64,000 nt of DNA from Leucoraja ocellata (Eukaryota), in contig JAWMAR010000302.1 in NCBI GenBank assembly GCA_036785375.1, positions 1,550,001 to 1,614,000 on the forward strand. Reading direction: 5' to 3'. The translations under genes and the position numbers were made by a program. The notes under the pieces are model-generated. The model made no database searches, had not been told where the DNA came from, and saw only the letters and a list, made by a program, of their open reading frames with translations. Positions 11,330 to 22,990 of the stretch are shown one piece after another (within the stretch, counting starts at the first letter, position 1; each line of letters begins with the position of its first letter).

Positions 11330-14200
11330 TCTGTGTTGGATGCACCTGCATTGATAACAGACCCTTCAGTTTGTGTAACTGTGAACAACTCGACCTTCAC
11401 CGCTAAGTTAGATACCGGAGCTGTTGCAAATGTTATGTCAACAACCTTCTTCAATAAGATTAGGTCTAATGAGCAAGTTACTTCTGATCGCTCCACTTTG
11501 CACGCATACGGGGGAGGGGTTCTTGTTCCTGTGGGAAAGGCAATTCTGCGCGGCCGCTCACTTTCTATCTTCTCGATTCCAACTGCATTACCCTGTTGGG
11601 CAACCAAGCCTGCCAGGACCTGGGCCTGGTCTCCTTCCACCGCGACATCCACAATGTGCAGGCCCTAATGGTCCCGTTGGCTGAATATCCTGACCGCTTT
11701 GATGATGAGCTGGGCAAGCTGCCCTACAACTACAAGATTGTCGTCGACCGCAAAGTCGAGCCAGTGGTCCGTGCGTCACACCGTAGAATCGACGCTGCAC
11801 AGCATGGTAAAAATGGGCATCCTAAAGGCGGTGAGCGAACCCACCAAGTGGGTCTTCACCATGGTTATTGCCACAAAAAAGGACAAAAGCGAAATACCCA
11901 TTTGCATCAACCCCAAAGACCTAAACCTTGCCATCAAACGCCCGCACTACCCCATGGGAACAGTAGAGGACGTCGCTGCACAGGTTGGTCCGGCCACAAT
12001 CTTTTCTGTCCTCGATGCCAAGAGCTCCTTCTGGCAGATACCGCTTGAGGAGCATTCCTCCAACCTGACAACTTTCAGCACCCCCTTCGGCAGATTTAAG
12101 TTCCTCCAAATACCATTCGGAATCAACTCTGCCTGCGAGGTGTTCCAACGGACAATGGAGCAACTGTTTGCTGGTCTACCATGTGCCATCATCATTGACG
12201 ACATCCTGGTCTACGGTAAGGATGTCGCTGAGCACAATTTGAACCTCCACCAAGTCCTAGACCGGGCCCGGAAGATCAACTTGAAACTCAACCCCAAGAA
12301 GTGCCGATTCCGCATCCCCAAGGTCACATATGTTGGACATGTATTCACAGCCTCGGGGCTGAAACCCGACCCACAGAAAATGGCTGCCATCTCCGAGATG
12401 TCATCACCCACTGACATGCCCAGCCTGCAAAGTTTCCTGGGCATGATAAACTACCTGGGGAAGTTCATCCCCGATCTCAGCGAGCTGAGTGCACCCCTGA
12501 GGGATTTGATAAAGAAGGACATGGCCTGGGCTTAGTTCCCTTAACACCAAAAAGCTTTCGACATCCTTAAGTCCAAGCTGATCAGTACCCCCACACTCAA
12601 ATTATTTGACCTGCAACGTCCCATTATTATCACCTGCGACGCCTCTCAGTTCGGGCTCGGTGTCGCTTGTCTACAGCTCCATGATGGCCTGCAACTGCCA
12701 GTCTCCTACGCGTCCCGTACCATGACCCCTGCGGAACAGCACTATGCACTGATTGAGAAGGAGCTACTGGCCGTGGTATTTGCCTGCTCCAAATTCAAGG
12801 ACTATATACTATGCAACACTTTCACCATTGAAACAGATCACCAGCCGCTTGTCACCATCCTCAACAAGTCGATCCATGTTGCCTCATCCCGACTGCAGCG
12901 CATGATGCTGCAGCTCCAGCGTTTCACTTTCAACGTCGTTTTCCGAAAAGGCAAAGACATGTTCATGGCCGACACGCTATCCCGCGCCCCGCGAACATCC
13001 ACCGATCGCCACCCGTATGAAATGTCTGACCTGATGGTGCTCAATGTCAATATTGTCCCTTCACAGCAGATGAAGTCCCTGGTCGAGCACACTGCCGATG
13101 ATCCTGCCCTGCAACAGCTTGCTGCAATCATCCAGCAGGGCTGGCCCGACCGTCGTTCTGCTCTGCCGGCTGGCGCCGTGCCCTACTTCCTGGTCCATGA
13201 TGAGCTCGTACTCCACGATGGCGTCGTCGTGCAAGGACACAAGGAGGTAGTGCCTGCTGCTCTGCATGACCACTATTTTCAGGCTGCTCATAACGGTCAT
13301 CCTGGGGCTAAAGCCACCTTGTCTCACGCCCAGAGCCAGTTCTACTGGCTTGGTATGGCTCAATACATCAGGGATAGTGTCTCCTTCTGTTCCACCTGCA
13401 ACAGCCTCACCCCCCCACCAGCAACGACAGCCGCTTCTGCAGCAGCTTGCACCCGAACTGCCCTGGATGGCGGTAGCCACTGACATTTTCGAGTGGCGAG
13501 CCAAACGCTTCCTGCTACTTGTCGACTCCTACTCCAACTGGTTCGAGGTAGACCAGCTGCATTCCCCCACCTCTTCGGCCGTTGTCGATAACCTGCGCCG
13601 CCATTTCTCTACCTTTGGCACCCTGGCCAGCCTGCAGTCGGACAACCGCAGCCAATTCACTAGCTCCGAGTTTAGGGCTTTCGCAACCAGCTGGAACTTC
13701 CGCCACTTCACCAGCAGCCTGAGTACCCGCAGAGCAATGGTCTGGCCGAGCGCGCCGTTCGCAGTGCAAAGAACTTACTGGAACAATGTCGTTTGTCCAA
13801 CTCTGACTTCTTTCTAGCCCTCCTCAACCTTTGCAACATATCCCGTGACCCTGCCATGGGCTCCCCCGCTCAGCGGCTCATGTCTCGCACTACCAGACCT
13901 CCAATACCAGTGGCCCAGCGCTCACTCATCCCCTCTGTCCTCAAGCCCGCTGCTGTTCAGGAGCACATTGCCTTTCAGCGCGATGTGCAGAAACGTTCCC
14001 ATGACAAGTCCTGCCGCCTCCTGCCGCGCCTTTTCCCCGGTCAGGTTGTCCGCATGCAGACCCCCACCGGTCACTCCCGGCTTGCAACCGTAGTCGCTTC
14101 TGCTGGGTCGCGTCGGTCCTATCTCGTCGACCATGCAGGAACCATCTACCCCCAGTCCCGCCAACATCTGCAGCTCGTCAACGAGCCGCGACCACCACCC
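11330..14200 (+). pseudogene. Gypsy B pol (protease, RT, RNase H, integrase) with stops and frameshifts
   Basis: 'KLDTGA' protease; 'SVLDAKSSFWQIPL...PFGI...IIDDILVYG' RT; 'YALIEKELLAVVF...TDHQPL' RNase H; 'VDSYSNW...LQSDN' integrase. Confidence 0.95.
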
Positions 14201-15595
14201 ACAGATCCTTTTGCTCCCCCACTGCAATTTCAGCCTCCAGGCAATGCTCGGCCCATCGCTCCTCGCATGCCACGGTCTCTACCCTCCCAGCTACCTCCGC
14301 CCGATCCTCCTCCAGTTCTCCCTCCCTCGCCTGCCCGCACGCAGTCCACTGCGAGCGCCGCATCCCCTCATGCCCTTCTGCCCTTCTGCCCTTCTGCCCT
14401 TGTCTTCTCCGTCCCCTCCCGGCTTACCTGTTCCTGTTTGGCCGTCTGCACCTGTTGCCGTACTGCCTCCACTTGTTCCTGCAGGGAGGGGAGATGGCAT
14501 GATGCGAAACCGGTCGGGACGTGTTGTCAAGCCGCCTGTCCGCAATGGCGATTTTGCTTAACCATTTCTAGGGCATGAGACGTGGTCGCCCTGTCACTAC
14601 CTTGTTTGTCTTTCATTTACAAGGGGAAGGATGTAGATGATACATGCATGTGACCCTTAATATAGTTACCTCATTACTACTAACCACTCCCCATATCACA
14701 AGTATAATTACAACCTCCCCACCCACATATCTCTCTCTAGATTCCATGACAGACCACATACAGCTAGTGCTCTCTGTAATGCCACAGTATGAATAAAAGA
14801 AGTAAAGTCACAGTGTGTTGATAACACTTCTTTACATATCCCATCTTTAATAACTGACTCCAGAATTTTCCCCACCACCGATGCTAGACTAACTGGTCTG
14901 TAATTCCCCATTTTCACTCTCCCTCTTTTTTTAAAAAGTGGGGATACATTAGCTACCCTCCAGTCCTCAGGAACTGCTCCAGAATCAAAAGAGTTTTGAA
15001 AAATTATCACTAATGCATCCACTATTTCTGGGGCTACTTCCTTAAGTACTCTGAGATGCAACTTATCTGGCCCTAGGGAATTATCGGCCTTTAATCCATT
15101 CAATTTACCTAAAACCACTTCCCGGCTAACCTGGATTTCACTCAGTTCCTCCATCTCATTTAACCCCCGGTCCCTTGCTGTTTTCGACAGATTCTTTATG
15201 TCTTCCTTAGTGAAGACAGATCCAAAGTAGTTATTCAATTGGTCTGCCATGTCCTTGTTCCCCATGATCAATTTGCCTGTTTCTGACTGCAAGGGACCTA
15301 TATTTGTTTTAACTAATCTTTTCCTCTTCACATATCTATAAAAAACATTTGCAGTCAGTTTTTATTTTCCCTGCCAGTTTTCTTTCATAATCTATTTTCC
15401 CTTTCCTAATTAAGCCTTTTGTCATCCTCTGCTGGACTCTAAATTTCTCCCAGTACTCTGGTACGCTGATTTTTCTGGCTAATTTGTATGCTTCATCTTT
15501 AGTTTCGATACTATCCCTGATGTCCCTTGTTATCCACAAATGCACTACCTTCCCTGATTCATTATTTTGCCAAACTGGGATGAACAATTGTTGTA

Positions 15596-16823
15596 CAGGT
15601 GCACAACCTTTTATCCGAAAGCCTTGGGACCAGACACTTGTCGGATTTCGGACATTTTCGGATTTCAGAATGGAAGATTTTTAGCGTAGATTAGGTAGGT
15701 AGCGCGGGCGGCTTGAAAAGTCTGGAGCAGCTGCCTCCTCCCCGGAGACCGGGAGAATCATTGCATAAATGTTAGTCAGTTAGTTTGGAGGGATTTTATG
15801 TGGTGGCGGTGGTGTAGGGGTGAAGGGGGAAACTTTAATTCTTAGTCCCCTACCTACCTGGTCGGCGACTCCCAACCTCGCGGAGCTGGGGGCTCCGTCC
15901 GGCCGCGGGCGGCGCCGGTTGTAGCTCCGACCCCGGCAACTCTACCCCTGGCTGCGAGACGCTCCAAATCCAGCGCGGCCCGCGGCCGGACGTCCCAGCT
16001 CCGAGAATGTCGGGAGTCGGCGGCGTCGCAGCGCTGGGATACCAGCGGGGAGCGGGCAATGCCTTACCGGGTCGCCGTGCGGCAAGCTCCGGAGCGCTGT
16101 GGCCGCCTTCTTCCAACATTCGCGGAGCGTCGCTGGATTTGGAGCCGCGGAGCTGGGGGCTCCATCCGGCCGCGGGCGGCGCCGGTTGGAGCTCCGACCC
16201 CGGCAACTCTACCCCTGGCTGCGCGGCTCCAAATCCAGCGACGCTCCGCGATGTTGTGTGTCGGCGGCCACAGCGCTCCGGAGCTTACCGCATGGCGACC
16301 CGGTAAGGCATTGCCCGCACCCCGCTGGTATCCCAGCGCTGCGACGCCGCCGACTCCCGACATTCGCGGAGCTGGGGCGTCCGGCCGCGGGCCGTGCTGG
16401 ATTTGGAGCGCCTCGCAGCCAGGGGTAGAGTTGCCGGGGTCGGAGCTACAACCGGCGGCCCCACCGGCCACAGCGCTGCGGAGCTTAATGCACAGCGACC
16501 CGGTAAGGCATTGACCGCTCCCCGCCTCTCCGACCAGGTAGGGGACTAAGAATTAAAGTTTACCCCTTCACCCCACTTCACATAAAAGCCCTCCAAACTA
16601 ACTGACTAACATTTAAGCAATGATTTACAGATGTTTAAGCGTCTCCCGGTCTCCAGGGAGGAGGCAGCCGCTACAGTAGTACAGACCTGGGTTGACCGTG
16701 GGTCGTTTTGGGTCAAGTTTGGCGCCAAACGCGAGCTTTGGTGCGCAGACGACATCTGGAAAAAATGGCCGGTTTTCGGAGCTTTTCGGTTTCTGGAACT
16801 CCGGATAAAAGGTTGTGCACCTG
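15596..16823. mobile_element. Tc1/mariner-superfamily (pogo/Tigger-like) MITE, fold-back type
   Basis: TA TSD at 15594-15595 and 16824-16825; perfect 22-bp TIR caggtgcacaaccttttatccg; nested internal inverted repeats. Confidence 0.92.
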
Positions 16824-16825
16824 TA

Positions 16826-17621
16826 GTTCATCCATGCAGTTTTTAAATGCCTTCCATTGCATGTCAACCGTTTAAGAATCATTTGCCAGTCTATCTTGGC
16901 CAATTCACATCTCATACCCTCAAAGTCACCTTTCTTTAAGTTCAGGACCCTTGTTTCTGAATTAACAATGTCACTCTCCATCCTAATGAAGAACTCAACC
17001 ATATTATGGTCACTCTTTCACAAGGGGCCACGCACAACAAGACTGATAACAAACCCTACCTCGTTACTCAATGCCCAGTCTAGAATAGCCAGCTCTCTCG
17101 TTGGTTCCTCTACATGTTAGTTTAGAAAACAATCCTGCATACATTACAAGAAATCCTCTTCCTCAGCACCCCTGCCAATTTGATTCACCCAATCTATATG
17201 TAGATTGAACTCACCCATTATAATTGTTTTACCTTTGTTGCACGCATTTCTAATTTCCTGTTAGATGCCATCCCCAACTTCACTACTACTGTTAGGTGGC
17301 CTATACACAACTCCCACTAGTGTTTTCTGCCCCTTCGTGTTTCGCAGCTCTACCCATATCGATTCCACATCCTCCAAGCTAATGTCCTTCCTTTCTATTG
17401 CGTTAATCTCCTCTCTAACCAGCTCCTTTTCCTTTCTGTCTATCCCTCCTGAATATTGAATATCCCTGGATGTTCAGCTCCCAGCTTTGGTCACCCTGGA
17501 GCCATGTCTCCGTGAGCCCGACTATATCATATTGATTAATAACTATCTGCACATTCAACTCATCCACCTTATTACAAATGCTCCTTGCATTATGATACAA
17601 AGCCTTCAGGCTTGTTTTCAC
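16826..17621 (-). pseudogene. CR1 ORF2 N-terminus (APE-type endonuclease)
   Basis: 'LKALYHNARSICNKVDEL...DIVGLTETWL...GYSIFRRDR'. Confidence 0.9.
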
Positions 17622-17849
17622 AACACTCTTACCTCTTATACAATTATGTTAAAAAGTGGCCCTTGTTGATTTTTGCCCTGAAATTGTCAGCCTGCCTATT
17701 TTACTTTTCACCTTGCTACCTATTGCTTCAACCCTCATTTTACACCCCTCTGCCTCTCTGCTCTTGCACCCATCCCCCTAGTTAATGCCTCCCCGACTGC
17801 ACTAGCAAGCACTCCCCCAAGGACATTGGTTCCATTCCAGCCCAGGTGT

Positions 17850-18722
17850 AGACCGTCCTGTTTGTACTGGCTCCACCTCCCCCAGAACTGGTTCCAATGC
17901 CCTAAAAAATTGAATCCCTCCCCCTTGCACTATTTTTCAAGCCACGTATTCATCTGCATATCCTCCTATTTCTACTCTGACTAGCCTGTGGCACTGGTAG
18001 TAATCCAGAGATTATTACCTTTGAGATCCTACTTTTAAGTTTATCTCCTAGCTCCCTAAATTCACCTTGTAAGACCTCATCCGTTGTTTTACGTATATCG
18101 TTGGTGCCAATGTGCACCACGACAACTGGCTGTTCACCCTCCACCTGCAGAATGTCCTGCAGCCGTTCAGTGACATCCCTGACCCTTGCACAAGGGAGGC
18201 AACATACCACCTGGAGTCTCGTTTGCGGCCGCTGAAACGCCTATCTATTCCCCTTACAATTGAATCCCCTATTACTATTGCCCTTCCACTCTTTCTTCTC
18301 CCCTCCTGTGCCGCAGAGCCACCCATGGTGCCATGAACTTGGCTGCTGCTGCCTTCCCCTGATGAGCCATCTCCCCCAACAGTATCCAAACTGGTATACT
18401 TGTTTAGGAGGGAGATGACCGCAGGGGATTCCTGCACTACCTGCCTACTGCTATGCTGGCTATTGGCCACCCGTTCCCTTTCTGTTCTCATACCTTTTAC
18501 CTGCGGTGTGACCAACTCACTGTACGTGCTATTCACGACTTTCTCAGCATCGTGGATGCTCCAGTATGAATCCAACCGCAGCTCCAATCGTTCAATGCGG
18601 TCTGCCAGGAGCTGCACCTGGACGCACTTACTGCAAACGTAGTCACCAGGGACACCGACCATATCCCTGATCTCCCACATGTTGCAGGCTGAGCAAACCA
18701 CGGGGCCAATCTCCACTGACAT
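17850..18722 (-). pseudogene. CR1 ORF1 (Cys motif, coiled coil, SGNH esterase-like domain), frameshifted
   Basis: 'CSACNMW...CSKC', 'LADRIERLELRL', 'IVIGDSIVRG', 'VVVHIGTNDI'. Confidence 0.9.
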
Positions 18723-18960
18723 GGCTTACTCCCAAATTAAATCAACTCCCTCACACTATAAAAATCTTTATCCTTTAAACTGTACCTTTACTAATAAATG
18801 CTGTACCCTTAACTCACTGAACCCTTAACTCACTGAACCCTTAACCTGAAAGCAGAAATGCAAACCTGGGGTTGCACCCAGTCAGTTGCTTCCTCTGGAC
18901 CTCTTCCACCAATCAGAGGCTTCCACCAGACCCCTTCTCTGGAAGTGAGATGGAACGTTG

Positions 18961-19185
18961 CATATTTTTGAAGTTGCAGCAACATCCGCTGTAGGCGCGC
19001 TGGAGAGGCGTGGAATGGTTTGTTAAAGATGCTCATCAGAGGTTGGTGGTCAGTTTCAATCATGACCGTGTGTCCAATGATAAAATCATTAAATTTCTTG
19101 CATGCGAAAACAACCTCGTTCTCAATTTGGGCATACCGTAGCTCTATGTCAGTCATAGTGCGCGAGGTATAGACAACAGGCTTAT
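18961..19185 (-). pseudogene. Gypsy A RNase H fragment joined directly to the truncated 5' LTR
   Basis: 'RYAQIENE..FACKKFNDFIIG..IETDHQPL..PARLQRMLLQLQKY'; gag, protease and RT are missing. Confidence 0.9.
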
Positions 19186-19273
19186 TGTTGGGAACAAGGC
19201 AGGGAGGCTTACTGTTAAGCTAGTAGGCATAGCTACAAAGTATGACTCATAACATGAGTGACACTAATCTACA

Positions 19274-20280
19274 ATTAGGGATAGTCAGCATGGTTTTATG
19301 CATTTGAGATTGTGTCTCACAAATTTGATAGAATTTTTTGAAGAAATAACCAAGAAGGCCAATGAGGACTGTTCCATAGATATTGTCTATACGGCCCTCA
19401 ACACACACTTCAATAAGATTCCACGTAGTGGCTGCTCTGGAAAGTTAGATGACTTGGATCTAGTGAGGACCATGTCACATCACAAACAGGATTTATGGCA
19501 ATTAGTAATTATTCCAAATCAAACCATTGAGTTAGCTAGCTAATTTGACAGACTTATCTTTATGGTAGGAAGCAGAGGATGGTGGTGGAAACTTGATTTT
19601 GCAGACTAGAGGTCCGTAAATAGTGGTGTGCCTCAGGGATTATTGCTTGGCCATTGGTGCTTGCCATCTATATCTAAGACTTTGATGATAATGTACAAGA
19701 CATGATTAGTATGGTTGCTGATGACACTAAAATAGATAGAATCATAGACAGTGATGATGATTATCTGGAGTTACAGCTCAATCTTGATCAACTGGGCAAG
19801 TGGGCTGAGGAGTGGCCAATGTAATTTAGATAAGTGGAGGTGCATTTTTAAGTTGGAAAGGGTGGAGAGAACCGCCCTTGACAGGATACGGAGAAATTTA
19901 TGAGGGTATTTGCCAGGGCTCAAGGGAGGGGTTTAATAGGCCTGGAGTTTATACCTTGGAGCACAGTAGGGCGATCTTAGTATGGTGTATAACATCATGA
20001 AGGGAATAGATAAGCTTATATCACATCATCTTTCTTTTCTCAGTAGGGGAATCAAGTTGGTGAGTATTTGGAATGAGATGATAGAGGTAGTAGTTGAGGC
20101 AGGCCTATATTTAAAAGCAATCTCAACAGGTACATGGATAGGACAGGATAAGATTGAGATTGGCTAAATGTTTCAGTTTAGTTTATTGTGGATCAATAAG
20201 GCCAGCTTAGATGGACCACCTGGGCCAACAACTTGAACTAGTTGAGCAGAAGCATATGTTTCTGTGTTCTATGACTCTAA
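19274..20280 (+). mobile_element. Old, degraded CR1 3' part (continuation of 3940-4071)
   Basis: 'CLTNLIEFFEEITK' motif; gtggtgtgcctcaggga and gctgatgacactaaa remnants; tail ctatgactcta. Confidence 0.85.
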
Positions 20281-20359
20281 TGGCCTAAATGAATAATATA
20301 ACAACTAACCTGTAATTTCTAATCATTAATTTAAAAAGTGCCGATGAAGGAAATCCTTC

Positions 20360-20545
20360 ATTGCTGGAGTAATTCAGTCAGTCAAGCAGTATCTATGGAG
20401 AATATGGATAATTGACATTTTTGGTCGAGACACTTCTTTAGACTCATTGAATTTGAAGAAGGATCTCTACACAAAAGGTCACTCATTCCTACTCTCCAGA
20501 GATGCTGCCTGTCCCACAGAGTTACTCCAGCTTTTTGTGTTCATC
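20360..20545. repeat. Penelope-end-derived inverted-repeat element, degraded
   Basis: gctggagtaattcag...gagttactccagc arms; same family as 41340-41510. Confidence 0.65.
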
Positions 20546-21692
20546 TTCATTGTATTTACTGTCATGTTCAGCTGTGCAAATTTTACACAGCTTGGAGTTC
20601 AATAATGGCTGCCAAATCTATTTTACACAATAATGTGCATCATCAAAATTCTTCTTCGTGTGTTGTTGCTGGTCATTAGGCAATCTGCAGCCCCCTTTAT
20701 CATTGGTGAAATGTGTGCTCTGCATTGAAAATGTACACACGTACAGTACGTCAGACTGAATTTACAATCTTTGCCTGGCCATGTACCGCATAAGATATAC
20801 ACACTGCAAAGTTTCTCAGTGCCTGCAGCAATGCAACACTCAATCAGTATACCACTGAAGTCTTCAGTTGAACTAACTAATTTCTGTGCAAGAATTCAGA
20901 GTGCAATCAATATAAACCAAGCTGAACATTCATCTTTGCATGTGTGTCCACTGTTATAATATTGATTTATTTGTCTTGCAATCAAGTAATTAGTTGCCAG
21001 GATTGCAAGGATTTGTGGAAAGTATCTAAGTTATTAGTTGTTAAACCATTAACAGATTTCTGTTGAAGCTAATGTCATAACTATAGGTGTTTTTACCGGG
21101 AGAAGCCATCAAGTGGAACCAAGAATCAATCTAATAGAGGAAGAAATGATACAAATAGGGTACATTCACCTGTGATTGCCTTGCCATTTCTCACAGATCA
21201 GCCTTAGAATATCTCATCTAGACATTGAGATGATTTGTTTCCTTCGCTGGCTGGGATTAAATATCTTGATTACAGAAATAATTCATGACTGATAGAATTG
21301 AATAATTCAGCAATATTAATACATTCAGAGTGCTTGTAGAAAAGGTATTTTGAATTAGGATGATAGTGTGCAAATTGTTATTCTTCTGTGTTTCCAAGCC
21401 ATCTAGCTCATTTAGGTAATTAAAATTTGTAGATTTGCTGCTCTATATCAAAGGCATTTTACAGTGTTGCAGCATTTAATTAGTCATGGATCTCAGAAAG
21501 CTGGCAGTATTCTAAATATAACGATACAACAGGAAAAATCCATTGAAGAAATTGAGAAAAATATAATTGCATCAGAAATTGGAAATGCTGGATGGGTATT
21601 TTGGATTGATCACCATAAAAATAGAAATGTAAAAAAAATGAAAATTCTGCAGAAATCTTTTCTCTTGATTTATCTCATTATTCTTTTTTCAG

Positions 21693-21733
21693 GCTTTTCA
21701 ATCAGCGGTTTTAGGTCTTCGTTGTTTCACCAG
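21693..21733 (+). CDS. Candidate internal exon (41 nt) of an unidentified host gene
   Basis: Long polypyrimidine tract ending ttcttttttcag|; cag|gtttgg donor (weak); reads AFQSAVLGLRCFT in frame 0. Confidence 0.3.
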
Positions 21734-21804
21734 GTTTGGGCTTATTTGATTATGAATAATTTACACTTGGGTTAGGAATCTAAAAACTTCCTTCCAAGTT
21801 TCTC

Positions 21805-22101
21805 ATGGTGGCACAGCGGTAGAGCTACTGCCTTACAGCACCTGAGACCCGCACTCGATCCTGGGTGCTGTCTGTATGGAGTTTTGAACTTTCTCCCCAT
21901 GACCTATATTGGTTTCCTCCGAGATCTTCGGTTTTCTCCCACACTCCAAAGACATACAGGTTTATAGGTTAATTGGCTTGGTGTAAATGTAAAAATTGTC
22001 CCCAGTGTACGCAGTTAATGTGCGGGGATCGCTGGTCAGTGCGGACTCGATGGGTCGAAGGGCCTGTTTCCACGCTGTATCTCTGAACGAAACTAAACTA
22101 A
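21805..22101 (+). mobile_element. HE1/V-SINE-like SINE
   Basis: ggtggcacagcggtagagct head, same body as 2963-3280, (aaact)n tail. Confidence 0.85.
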
Positions 22102-22599
22102 AGTAAATCTCAAAAGAGAATTAATGAATATTCCACAGCATAAAAATAAAGAGCTATTGGTAAATGTTTCCTTGGCACTTCAATTCCTATTTGGCCTATG
22201 TAACTACATCAGAACATCACTGAATATATCTGAGATGTAGCTACTTCAAGCTGTTCTAGCAAGTCTACTGTAACATTTGTCAATAAGAACATGAACTCAA
22301 AGTTGTATCACTGGCAACATATTCAAAATTGGGATGAATACAAATATTTGTTGATGGGTTTATATTTAGATTTTCATCGGAGCTTCTGGCTAATGTCTTA
22401 TTGAATGTATTTGATTGTGTGACACAATTTCTATCCTTTACAGGAGAGTAATTCAACCATGACAGAATATTTTTCAACTTTAGGGATCTTTAATGAGCAC
22501 GAGATTTTTGCAGTGCATTGAGAGGTAAATCAAAACATATTTCATTATAAACCACTAGATATATTCTTTTAAGTAACTGTTCACTTTGCCTATATCTTT

Positions 22600-22990
22600 C
22601 CAACACCTCTCCCCACTACCCTGCCAACCTTACTAATCAAGACTCTGTCAATCTCCACCCTAAAAATATCCATTCACTTGACCTCCTCAGCATTCGGTGG
22701 CAATGAATTCCACAGATACACCACACTCTGATGAAAGATATTCCTCCTCATCTCAATTCGAAAAGTATGTCCAAAGAATTCCAACAGGTTTGTCAGGCGA
22801 GATCTCCCATTCACAAAGCTATGTTGACCTCTGCCTATATTAGAGTGTGCTTCGAAGTACTCAGAAATCTCCTCCTTTATAACAGACTAAAATCTAACCA
22901 ACCACTGAAGTCAGGCTAATCGGCCTACGGTTTCCACTGTTTTCCTCTTCTGCTTCACTTCCTTCTTGAACATCAGAGTAATATTTGTAA
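22600..22990 (-). mobile_element. Degraded CR1 fragments
   Basis: gtggcaatgaattccacaga..caccac and gtcaggctaatcggcct motifs match the CR1 copies in this window. Confidence 0.55.

Larger units (their letters stand above)
9718..14836 (+). mobile_element. Ty3/Gypsy LTR retrotransposon B, near complete, with an extra partial LTR
   Basis: TSD tatcc at 9713-9717 and 14837-14841; 205-bp LTRs at 10154-10358 and 14632-14836 (3 mismatches by my count); PBS-like tggtgtca at 10359; PPT aaggggaagga; domain order gag-PR-RT-RH-IN. Confidence 0.97.
8221..18960 (-). mobile_element. Full-length CR1 LINE (5' UTR, ORF1, ORF2, tail), interrupted by three later insertions
   Basis: (catagaaa)n tail at 8221; RT pieces 8618-9717 and 14837-15595; endonuclease from 17621; ORF1 from 18722; splits Gypsy A RNase H 'LQKY|DIELIYK' with cata at both junctions. 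Confidence 0.93.
4072..19273 (-). mobile_element. Ty3/Gypsy LTR retrotransposon A, internally deleted and multiply interrupted
   Basis: TG...CA ends; TSD attag at 4067-4071 and 19274-19278; LTR 4072-4269 with polypurine tract at ~4270-4288; matching partial LTR ~19186-19273; RNase H and integrase remnants inside. Confidence 0.9.

Noticed and set aside
14708-15331. CR1-LTR fusion protein
   Set aside because: Read-through of a broken CR1 frame into the antisense Gypsy LTR at the insertion junction
15850-16514. Several overlapping Pro/Ala/Arg-rich ORFs
   Set aside because: By-product of the GC-rich palindromic MITE; mirror-image peptides appear on both strands
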